A DNA stretch of 64,000 nucleotides from Acaryochloridaceae cyanobacterium VAR_48_metabat_390 (lineage in GTDB: Bacteria > Cyanobacteriota > Cyanobacteriia > Thermosynechococcales > Thermosynechococcaceae): assembly GCA_031422435.1 (NCBI GenBank), contig JANPLU010000030.1:64001-128000 (forward strand), given 5' to 3'. Each line of letters begins with the position of its first letter. The first letter of the stretch is position 1. This document shows, piece by piece, positions 19,936-28,207 of this stretch. Both the position numbers and the translations under genes were made by a program. Below the pieces are notes generated by a model, which was not told the origin of the DNA, made no database searches, and saw only the letters and a list, made by a program, of their open reading frames with translations.

Positions 19936-22002
19936 ATGGTTGTCCGTGGCCTTGCGGCTCCCCCGACACCTTGGTCTAAGAGCTTATCTAAACCTAAAAT
20001 CCACTCCTCGGCCTACGTCTATTCCGATATCAACGTCATTGGCGACGTGCGTATTGGCGAAAACGTCATGATTGCCCCTGGAACCTCAATTCGTGCCGAC
20101 GAAGGGACTCCCTTCTCTATTGGCGCACGAACCAACATCCAGGATGGAGTGGTCATTCACGGGCTAGAGCAAGGTCGCGTCATCGGGGACGATGGAAAAG
20201 ACTATTCAGTTTGGGTTGGCGGTAGCACCTCCATTACTCACATGGCGCTCATTCATGGGCCAGCCTATGTGGGTGATAACTGTTTTATTGGGTTTCGCTC
20301 GACGGTTTTTAACGCACGGGTCAATAAGGGCTGCATTGTGATGATGCACGCTCTGATTCAGGATGTAGAAATTCCGCCAGGTAAGTACGTGCCCTCTGGG
20401 GCAGTTATTACTACACAGCAGCAGGCAGATCGTCTGCCCAACGTCCAGGCTGCTGATGTAGCGTTTGCCAGTCATGTGATTGGCATTAATCAGTCTTTGC
20501 GCTCGGGCTACCGCTGCGCCGACGATATTGAGTGCATCAGACCAATTCGGGAAGCGCCTGCTGAAAAAGGCACCGCTAAACCAGTCCCGATTCGGAATGA
20601 GGCTGCTGGAAATGGAACTCACGTTAATGGAGGATCTGCCGCCGTGGCAATAGGAAGTAATTATCTCAGTGCTGATGCCGTAGAACAGGTGCGACAACTC
20701 CTTATTCAGGGCTATCGCATTGGCACAGAACACGCCGACCAACGCCGATTTCGCGCCAGCGCCTGGACGAGCTGTAAGCCCATTTCAGCCAGCCGCGAGC
20801 CAGAGGTATTGGCAGCATTAGAAGCCTGCATGGCAGAACATGCAGGGGATTATGTTCGCATTGTGGGCATCGACACCAAGGCAAAACGTCGCGTTGCCGA
20901 ACTGGTGATTCAGAGACCGGATGGCAAGAGCGGCATCGCCCCATCTCCTCGTCGGGTTGCTAGCTCTGCCGCATCGGCTCCAAAGGCAGATCAAGGTCAT
21001 CAAAGCGCTGCACCCGCAGGCGCTGATGTTGTGGGACATGTCCGTCACCTCCTGTCTCAGGGCTACCACATTGGGACAGAATACGCGGATAAGCGTCGAT
21101 TCCGTGCTGGTGCGTGGACAAGCGGCAAGTCTGTAACGGCTCGCCGAGATAGTGACGCTGTTTCTGAAATCAACGCCATTATTGCTCAACACCCTGGCGA
21201 ATACGTGCGGCTTGTGGGCATTGACCCCAAGGCAAAGCGTCGCGTTTTGGAATTAGTGGTGCAGCGTGCTGACGGCAGCAATGGGGGCAGCGGCACATCG
21301 TCAGTCGCTAGCAGTAGCAGCCACAGCAGCTCAGGCTATTCCCCTTCTGCGAATTCTCATGGCGGCACAAGTGCTGCGGTGGGTTCTGATGTTGCAGGCC
21401 ATGTTCATAGCCTGTTGGCTCAGGGCTTTCAGATCGGGACAGAACATGCCGATAAGCGACGATTCCGCGCGAGTGCCTGGACAAGCGGCAAGTCTGTGAC
21501 GGCGCGTCGAGACAGTGACGCTATTGCTGAAATCAACGCCATTATTGCTCAACACCCTGGCGAATACGTGCGGCTTGTGGGCATTGATGCTAAGGCAAAG
21601 CGTCGCGTCTTGGAACTGGTGGTGCAGCGACCCGATGGCAAGAGCAACGGCACCAAGGCAGCTCCTGCCTCTTATTCAGCGCCAGCGGCTTCAGCGCATT
21701 CATCCTCTGCACCCGCAGCCCGATCTGGTTCTGGAGGGCCGCTGGCTTCAGAGGTGGTGAGTCAGGTGCGTCAACTGTTGGCTCAAGGGCACCAAATTGC
21801 CACCGAACATGCCGATAAGCGCCGCTTCCGCGCCAATGCTTGGCATAGCTGTGCGCCCATCTCGACAACCCGTGAGGCGGAAGTGTTCCGCGCCCTTGAA
21901 TCTTGCATTTCTGAACATGCGGGTGAGTATGTCCGCGTGATTGGGATTGACAAAAAGGCAAAGCGACGGGTTCTTGAGGCTATGATTCAGCGCCCTAGCT
22001 GA
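19936..22002 (+). CDS. ccmM: CcmM: gamma-carbonic anhydrase domain plus four RbcS-like (SSUL) repeats
   Basis: [31 protein letters not shown]; four repeats of G..IGTE.AD.RRFR...GID.KAKRRV. Confidence 0.97.
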   Translation: MVVRGLAAPPTPWSKSLSKPKIHSSAYVYSDINVIGDVRIGENVMIAPGTSIRADEGTPFSIGARTNIQDGVVIHGLEQGRVIGDDGKDYSVWVGGSTSITHMALIHGPAYVGDNCFIGFRSTVFNARVNKGCIVMMHALIQDVEIPPGKYVPSGAVITTQQQADRLPNVQAADVAFASHVIGINQSLRSGYRCADDIECIRPIREAPAEKGTAKPVPIRNEAAGNGTHVNGGSAAVAIGSNYLSADAVEQVRQLLIQGYRIGTEHADQRRFRASAWTSCKPISASREPEVLAALEACMAEHAGDYVRIVGIDTKAKRRVAELVIQRPDGKSGIAPSPRRVASSAASAPKADQGHQSAAPAGADVVGHVRHLLSQGYHIGTEYADKRRFRAGAWTSGKSVTARRDSDAVSEINAIIAQHPGEYVRLVGIDPKAKRRVLELVVQRADGSNGGSGTSSVASSSSHSSSGYSPSANSHGGTSAAVGSDVAGHVHSLLAQGFQIGTEHADKRRFRASAWTSGKSVTARRDSDAIAEINAIIAQHPGEYVRLVGIDAKAKRRVLELVVQRPDGKSNGTKAAPASYSAPAASAHSSSAPAARSGSGGPLASEVVSQVRQLLAQGHQIATEHADKRRFRANAWHSCAPISTTREAEVFRALESCISEHAGEYVRVIGIDKKAKRRVLEAMIQRPS

Positions 22003-22231
22003 TCTGTTAATAGGATGGGGGGCGGGTAATTCTGCTCTAGAAAGCGGTGCTTATCTTGCTGCTTTACTCGCACTCCCTTTCTCCATAGATGCTGTGTAAT
22101 TTTCGCTTCAGTGATTTGTTTACGAATTGCACCATCCGTTAAAGTGCACCATAATTTTTAAGCTGTTTTCTGAACCGGATCGGGCGTAGTGCCTTGGTTT
22201 AGGACTAGTCTTTTTAGAGGTTTTGATATCT

Positions 22232-22999
22232 GTGTATTTGCCGCCGCTTCAGGCCATGCATGATTCTCAGGTTTACATCAGTGGTGATGTCACCATTCAT
22301 CCGAACGCGGCGATCGCCCCAGGTGTTCTCCTCCAGGCAGCTCCAGGCAGCAGCATTATCATTGCGGCAGGGGTTTGCATTGGCATGGGCGCTGTTTTGC
22401 ATGCTTGCGACGGAATTTTAGAGATTCAGGAAGGCGCAAGCTTAGGCGCAGGGGTGCTGATAGTTGGCGCTGGCATCATTGGCTCCAGTGCCTGTATTGG
22501 ATCACAATGTACGCTGCTCAATACTTCGGTAGAGGCAAAGGCATTGGTTCCGTCAGGTTCTGTATTGGGCGATAGCAGCCGTCAGACCCAGCCTGAAGTG
22601 GAGGAACTGCCCCAACCCATCGTTGTTGCTAAAGCGATACCAGAACCACAAGCCCCAGAACCACAAGCCTTAGATCCGTTACCCGACCCTTGGGGGGCTG
22701 CCCAGTCCGAACCAGAACCTGTCAATTTCTCTGCGCCGCCGGCAGCAAATGAGAGTAGTAGTTTTAATTCCTTTAAGTATCCAGAAAGCTCACACCTTGG
22801 CTCCAACCCTTTCAAGTACCCGGACAGTCCCAAAGTTAGCTTAAGCCAAACGACGCAAAGCAATGCTGGCACAGACGAAACAGAAAAGGCTGTAGAGAAA
22901 ACCCCTAACGTCGTGCATGGGCAAGCCTACGTTCATGATTTGCTGTCTACGCTTTTGCCAAATCGAAGCCGTTCAGTGTCGCCATCTCCCGATTCTTGA
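22232..22999 (+). CDS. ccmN: CcmN
   Basis: Hexapeptide-repeat N-terminus, Pro-rich linker, C-terminal encapsulation peptide VHGQAYVHDLLSTLLP; GTG at 22232 likely start. Confidence 0.93.
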   Translation: MYLPPLQAMHDSQVYISGDVTIHPNAAIAPGVLLQAAPGSSIIIAAGVCIGMGAVLHACDGILEIQEGASLGAGVLIVGAGIIGSSACIGSQCTLLNTSVEAKALVPSGSVLGDSSRQTQPEVEELPQPIVVAKAIPEPQAPEPQALDPLPDPWGAAQSEPEPVNFSAPPAANESSSFNSFKYPESSHLGSNPFKYPDSPKVSLSQTTQSNAGTDETEKAVEKTPNVVHGQAYVHDLLSTLLPNRSRSVSPSPDS

Positions 23000-23048
23000 G
23001 GATTCAGTTTTAGAGATGTGCCGCTAAAGTATAGAGGAGACATAACGA

Positions 23049-23804
23049 TTGAGGTCGCCAATGCGAGCAGCCCGAACACCTCGCAATCCCCTTCGGGAAA
23101 CTGCGCTGGGCTTAGTTTCTACCCAAAGCTTCCCTGCTATTGTGGGTACCGCAGACATGATGCTCAAGTCTGCTGGCGTAACGCTGGTCGGCTATGAAAA
23201 GACGGGGAGCGGCTTTTGTACGGCGATCGTGCGGGGTGGCATTGCTGATGTGCGTCTGGCAGTACAGGTCGGCGAAGAAACGGCCAGAAAGTTTGGTCAG
23301 TATGTTTCTAGCCTCACCTTAGCAAGACCGTTGCCCAATCTAGAGGCGGTGTTGCCCATCAGCGCTCGGATGATGCAGTTGGCTCAAAATGGCGGCGTGA
23401 GTAAGCTCAGCAATCTGGCGATTGGCCTACTCGAAACGCGCGGATTCCCTGCAATGGTAGGGGCAGCGGACATGATGCTGAAATCTGCTGAGGTGCAGCT
23501 TTCGGCCTATGAAACCATTGGGGCAGGGCTATGTACCGTCATTATTCGCGGGTCGGTTGCCAATGTAGCGATGGCGATCGAAGCGGGGATGCATGAGGCT
23601 GAACGCATTGGTGAGCTGAATGCCGTGATGGTGATTCCTAGGCCGCTAGAAGATTTAGATCAGACGCTGCCGATTGCAAGCTGTTGGCTAGAGCAGCCTG
23701 AGCCACTCAGCATTCCACTTAAAATTAAGACGAAAGAACGAGAACTGGTTGAGTTGACTAATCTCAAAGATGTGCCGCTTTCGATTGAGAAAGAGCTTTC
23801 TTAA
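23049..23804 (+). CDS. ccmO: CcmO tandem BMC protein
   Basis: Two BMC domains (ALGLVSTQSFPAIVGTADMMLKSA; AIGLLETRGFPAMVGAADMMLKSA). Confidence 0.94.
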   Translation: MRSPMRAARTPRNPLRETALGLVSTQSFPAIVGTADMMLKSAGVTLVGYEKTGSGFCTAIVRGGIADVRLAVQVGEETARKFGQYVSSLTLARPLPNLEAVLPISARMMQLAQNGGVSKLSNLAIGLLETRGFPAMVGAADMMLKSAEVQLSAYETIGAGLCTVIIRGSVANVAMAIEAGMHEAERIGELNAVMVIPRPLEDLDQTLPIASCWLEQPEPLSIPLKIKTKERELVELTNLKDVPLSIEKELS

Positions 23805-23968
23805 ACCATCGTTTAAGCTTGGTTCACAATCTAAAAAGCAGTCTAGGCCGGATAAATCAATGTCTATCATGACTAAACTGCTTTTTGTAGGATACAGAGA
23901 ATCTATCGCTAACCGCAAAAATCTACGGTATAGAAGTCAATAGAATCAGAATGCCTTTAATTTGCCGT

Positions 23969-24328
23969 CTACTTCGTCGCCTTCTTTAATGCATTACCAA
24001 TTTGGTCCTTCACAGTGGTTGCATTTTGAGAATTGCTGGGACGGCTCATTTGGTTCTTATCTGCCGCACCCTGAACTTCATTGATGCCTCCTTTAGCGCG
24101 TTCTGCGGCCTCTTCTATAGAACCAGGCGCAACTTTTGATTCTGCAACGTCTTGAGCGCGTTGTTCAATTTTATCAAGCTGCACAGTGCCATCGGTAGGA
24201 CTACTCGAAGCCGCGCCAAAGGCAAATGCTGGCACGTTGGTAGAGAAAAACAGGAACGCGCTAGCAAATAAGGTCACAACGAAGTGAACAGGACGAAGTT
24301 TGAATTTTTCAACGATGGAAGATTTCAT
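23969..24328 (-). CDS. Secreted low-temperature/desiccation-induced-type small protein
   Basis: Signal peptide ending PAFA; hydrophilic body with GINEVQGAADK..MSRP motif, recalled from cyanobacterial Lti-like proteins. Confidence 0.55.
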   Translation of the reverse strand: MKSSIVEKFKLRPVHFVVTLFASAFLFFSTNVPAFAFGAASSSPTDGTVQLDKIEQRAQDVAESKVAPGSIEEAAERAKGGINEVQGAADKNQMSRPSNSQNATTVKDQIGNALKKATK

Positions 24329-24425
24329 ATTCAATGTCTCCAGAAAATGGATTAGACTTGTCGTAAAAAACTAGAAAATTATTGCTTTAGATACTTTAGT
24401 AAGCGTCTAAAGCGACTGGTATAAA

Positions 24426-24962
24426 CTATTGACCAATCAGATTTTTGGCAGCATCTAAAGCATTAGACGCAAATTCTTCAGCCTTATTGCTCGCTTTTTC
24501 AAAGGCATTATCAGCTTTGTCTGCATCCTGCTTGGCACGGCTTACAACGGTTGCCTTGGTTTTCTCAGCGGCTTCTTGCGTTTTGGCAATGTCACGTTTG
24601 GCTTTAGTGCCTGCGGCGGCCTGGGCGTCCTTGGCAGCAGACTTGGTTTTAGCGATATCTTTTTGAGCCTTGCCTTTTGCCTTTTCTGCAATATCTTTAG
24701 CGTTCTTACTGGTCTTTTTGCCAGCTTCATCTAGCTTATCTTTAGCACTCGTCATGGCTTGGTCTGCACTGTCAACCTGATCTTTGACTTGATTTGCCAT
24801 GCTAGATGCAGCAATAATGGGTGAGCTATATAGAGATGCAGCTACAGCAGGTGTATTGAAGCCATAGGCGCTGCTGAGTGACATAAAGGATAAAACAAGT
24901 GCTCCTACAGTCAGCAAACGACGAAGCTGTCCTTTAATTAATGCCAACGGCTTGACCTTCAT
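24426..24962 (-). CDS. LEA-like Ala/Lys-rich repeat protein with signal peptide
   Basis: 22-aa periodic repeats (KAQKDIAKT/KAKRDIAKT); AAGGA RBS before ATG at 24962. Confidence 0.6.
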   Translation of the reverse strand: MKVKPLALIKGQLRRLLTVGALVLSFMSLSSAYGFNTPAVAASLYSSPIIAASSMANQVKDQVDSADQAMTSAKDKLDEAGKKTSKNAKDIAEKAKGKAQKDIAKTKSAAKDAQAAAGTKAKRDIAKTQEAAEKTKATVVSRAKQDADKADNAFEKASNKAEEFASNALDAAKNLIGQ

Positions 24963-25120
24963 AGGATGTTTCCTTTTGGTAACGTACATATCTGTTTTTA
25001 CCGTCTAGGTTGAGTTCATAAATCAATCAATTGATAGAGATTTGAAAGTACATTTTTTCAATAGATTATTCAGGTGCATCCCTCTTTAGTATAAAAAATA
25101 GGCAAAATTTGGTTGTTGAT

Positions 25121-26023
25121 ATGGCGAGAAAAGCATTGCTGCTTATTAATCATCATGCGCGTAAAGGGAAGCAGCAAGTTACGACGGTGCGTCAGCAGCT
25201 TCAATCGCTAGGGCTAGAATTGCTGGAGCAAGAAATGCCGCCACCCGATCAGCTTTCTGACGTAATCCGACGTTATGGAGACGAAGTGGATCTGGTGATC
25301 ATCGGGGGTGGAGATGGGACTGTTAATGCGGCGATCGCAGGTCTGATTGATACCCAACTCCCTTTAGGGCTGTTGCCGTTGGGCACGGCTAACGATCTAG
25401 CGCGAACCCTAGAAATCCCGATTGATATCGCCCAGGCGTGTCAGGTCATTGCAGCGGGCAACCCTCAGCAAATTGATGTGGGCTGGGTCAACGGACAGCA
25501 TTTCTTTAATGTTGCCAGCCTTGGCCTGAGCGTTAAGATTACGCGCCAGCTTACCAAAGAGGTGAAAAAGCGCTGGGGTGTTTTAGCCTATGCGGTGTCT
25601 GCCTTTCAGGTGCTATGGAAAAGCCGTCTCTTTCATGCCGAAATTCGCCTTGCGGACGGTCAAGTCCATTGCATTAAAACCATTCAGATTGCAGTGGGCA
25701 ATGGTCGTTTCTACGGCGGCGGTATGGCGGTTGCGCCCGATGCTGCCATTAATGATGGGCGCCTAGATTTATATAGTTTAGGGTTGGAGCATTGGTGGCA
25801 AATGCTGGCACTGTTTCCACTGCTGCATCGTGGGCATCATGCGTCTACGCCCTGGAGCGATTCTTGGGAAGGGCAAGAATTTCATGTGCAGACACGACGA
25901 CCACGATCTATTAACACCGATGGCGAAATTACAACCTCTACACCGGCTCATTTTCGGGTATTGCCAAAAGCGCTAACGATTTTTGCGCCGTCCAAAATCT
26001 CTGCTAATGTTGCAGCGTCTTAG
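25121..26023 (+). CDS. YegS/DAGK-family lipid kinase
   Basis: GGGDGTV, LPLGTANDLA, GNGRFYGGG, DGE motifs. Confidence 0.92.
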   Translation: MARKALLLINHHARKGKQQVTTVRQQLQSLGLELLEQEMPPPDQLSDVIRRYGDEVDLVIIGGGDGTVNAAIAGLIDTQLPLGLLPLGTANDLARTLEIPIDIAQACQVIAAGNPQQIDVGWVNGQHFFNVASLGLSVKITRQLTKEVKKRWGVLAYAVSAFQVLWKSRLFHAEIRLADGQVHCIKTIQIAVGNGRFYGGGMAVAPDAAINDGRLDLYSLGLEHWWQMLALFPLLHRGHHASTPWSDSWEGQEFHVQTRRPRSINTDGEITTSTPAHFRVLPKALTIFAPSKISANVAAS

Positions 26024-26182
26024 CGCTCCTAAATAACCCTTTGAGCAAGCGCTAATACTTTGCTTTGTGCCATCGGATAGAGAAACACTATGTTTATCTC
26101 TATCCTTTCGATTGATGTGGGCTAACCCCTTAATTTGGTGAACTGTTTGGTAGTTCAAATTTGTCTCCAGACTTAGAGGGTA

Positions 26183-26728
26183 GTGCAAGTGCATAGTATT
26201 AATATTGGCTTGACCGATCAGCAGAGAGAAGGTGTTATTACCCTGCTGAATCAAGATTTATCAGACTTATACCTGGTTCTAGTTAAAACCAAAAAGTACC
26301 ATTGGGATGTAGTTGGTCCTCAGTTTCGGACGCTGCATCAGCTTTGGGAAGAGCAGTACGAGACGCTGACGCTAACTATTGATGCTTGTGCCGAACGAGT
26401 GCGGATGTTAGGTGGATATCCCGTGGGCACAATGGAAGGATTTTTGAATCTGGCGTCTATTAAAGAGCATTCTGGCGATATTCCCAATGCAACGGAAATG
26501 GTGTCTCGCTTGGTCAAAGATCACGAAACCATCATTCGTAACCTCCGTAAACATGTCGCACAGTGTAGCGAAACCTTTGAAGATGACGGAACCGCAGATT
26601 TTCTGACTGGACTCATGGAGCAGCATGAGGCAATGGCGTGGATGTTGCGCTCTTTCATTGAAGGGGAGGCGGTTCAGTCTAACGGTCATGCGCCTAGCCT
26701 CACTGAAAAAGCTGCCGTTGGCGTATAG
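26183..26728 (+). CDS. dps: Dps ferritin-like DNA protection protein
   Basis: KKYHWDVVGPQFRTLHQLWEEQY, D..AER, HE..AWMLRS. Confidence 0.95.
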   Translation: MQVHSINIGLTDQQREGVITLLNQDLSDLYLVLVKTKKYHWDVVGPQFRTLHQLWEEQYETLTLTIDACAERVRMLGGYPVGTMEGFLNLASIKEHSGDIPNATEMVSRLVKDHETIIRNLRKHVAQCSETFEDDGTADFLTGLMEQHEAMAWMLRSFIEGEAVQSNGHAPSLTEKAAVGV

Positions 26729-26776
26729 AGCAGCGACTATCCTCAGCAGCACCATTATCTTTAAGGAGAATCTCTA

Positions 26777-27022
26777 ATGCTAAATCTACTGATAGTTGAA
26801 GGCGGCAAAACGCTAGAAGCCGCGTCACAGGCAAGTACTCAGTTTGGTTCTGTCCTACTGCCCATTGTAATGGTGGTTGGGTTTGCGGCTGCCGTAGGTC
26901 TTGGTTCACTGGCGTGGTACAACTCCAAGCGTCCCGCAGGTTGGGAAGATAAAGATCGTCCTGAATTTATCCCCAAAATCGAAAAATCTGAAACGCCTGG
27001 GCTTGGCGACCCTAACGCGTAG
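26777..27022 (+). CDS. psb35: Photosystem II assembly protein Psb35-like
   Basis: Single TM followed by GSLAWYNSKRPAGWEDKDRP; AAGGAG RBS. Confidence 0.8.
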   Translation: MLNLLIVEGGKTLEAASQASTQFGSVLLPIVMVVGFAAAVGLGSLAWYNSKRPAGWEDKDRPEFIPKIEKSETPGLGDPNA

Positions 27023-27047
27023 GCGCATGAAGTCTGGTCACATGCTT

Positions 27048-27076
27048 AAGGGGCTGAGGAGTACTCAGCCTTTTTT
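27048..27076 (+). terminator. Rho-independent terminator after dps-psb35
   Basis: GGCTGAG-GAGTA-CTCAGCC-TTTTTT. Confidence 0.8.
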
Positions 27077-27215
27077 GCGATCGCTCAGTTCTTAAATGTC
27101 GCTGATGTAGACCAAGTAGAGGGTACTCTCTCGCCACCGACCTGAAGCAAGGTTAAGTATCAAGGGTAGTATGCTGTTACCAGCTGTATCGTCCCGCATA
27201 GGGCTTCTACCCGTA

Positions 27216-27812
27216 ATGAAGCTTGGAAACGTTGTCAAATCTAACTCTCACTGCGACTACATTGTTCAGCTTGACGATTCGATGGAGGTGTCTAGCCCGC
27301 CGCTGCCCGATGAATACGGCTTTGGCTCTTTTGTAAAGCTCGAAACTACAGCGCGCCACTGGGCGATTGGTCTCATTTATAACTCTCAGCTTTTTAATCC
27401 AGCCTATCTCAACACAGGGCCACGCCTTGTCAGCCAACCTGACCCATTTTTTACCCCAGACCTAATTTGTGAAACGCGGACGCTGCTGTGGACGGTTTTG
27501 ATTGGAACCCTTGAAAATCAAGGTGAACTGGCTTATGGCTGTCAGGGCATCCCTAGGGTGGTGGTGCCTGTTAATACGCCTGTCTTTTGCATGACGGATG
27601 TCGAGATTCATTCGTTTCACCGCAACCAAGATCAGCAGAGCCAGTTTTGCTATTACTCTCACCTCTTGGGGTGTGGCGGTGTGTTTGCGTCTCAGTTGAC
27701 TGAGCAGGTGTTAGCAAAGGTGAGTCCGCTGTTTGAAGGAGGCGATCGCCGTGCTCTAGACATCCTTCGCAAGGAGCTGTGCTGGAAACATACGATGGGC
27801 GCAATGCGCTAA
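27216..27812 (+). CDS. HAS-barrel domain protein
   Basis: MKLGNVVKSNSHCDY..., FGSFVK, C-terminal YYSHL pattern of the cyanobacterial HAS-barrel family; ATG at 27216. Confidence 0.6.
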   Translation: MKLGNVVKSNSHCDYIVQLDDSMEVSSPPLPDEYGFGSFVKLETTARHWAIGLIYNSQLFNPAYLNTGPRLVSQPDPFFTPDLICETRTLLWTVLIGTLENQGELAYGCQGIPRVVVPVNTPVFCMTDVEIHSFHRNQDQQSQFCYYSHLLGCGGVFASQLTEQVLAKVSPLFEGGDRRALDILRKELCWKHTMGAMR

Positions 27813-27844
27813 TATCCGGCGAACGCTTTGGTAAGCTGAATCGC

Positions 27845-27918
27845 AAAAAAAACCGACAAACTAACCAAGTCTGTCGGTCTATTGTGTGTTCCCCATTGAT
27901 GACTCAGTTTCTTGAGTC
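27845..27918 (-). ncRNA. Candidate ~75-nt small RNA (two hairpins with a single-stranded linker; possibly PsrR1-related)
   Basis: Minus strand: GACUCA-AGAAAC-UGAGUC, linker AUCAAUGGGGAACACACAAUAG, terminator ACCGACAGAC-N7-GUUUGUCGGU plus U-tract; its own promoter lies upstream. Confidence 0.6.
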
Positions 27919-27924
27919 ATTTGT

Positions 27925-27967
27925 AGTATGGCAACTGCACTCAAGGCTTGCTGTGACAGTGATCACG
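27925..27967 (-). promoter_or_regulatory. Class II CRP-type promoter (CRP box, N22, -10 element)
   Basis: TGTGA-CAGTGA-TCACG at 27952-27967; on the minus strand GTG-N8-CAC-N22-CATACT with extended TG; box centre at -41.5 from the inferred +1 at 27918. Confidence 0.6.
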
Positions 27968-28207
27968 GTGTATGGGTGATTGCAATCACCCATTGTTTAA
28001 GATGGCGGCAATATTTTGCAAATCTTGGTGATTGTGGCAGAATTTAGACCATACAGTTGAAACTTTCTCTAACCCCTCCTTCCGCCAGGAGGAGACGATT
28101 ATCTCTCCCACCTTCCCAACGTTGAAACTGACGGCTAAACAAGTCTTGGCGTTGTTAGCGATTAGCACAATAAGTCAGCTGCAGCGGATGATTGAGAGCC
28201 ACATAAC

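Noticed and set aside
27779..28168. Short ORFs 27779-27979 and 27986-28168
   Set aside because: No protein-like features; the region is better explained by the sRNA and its promoter
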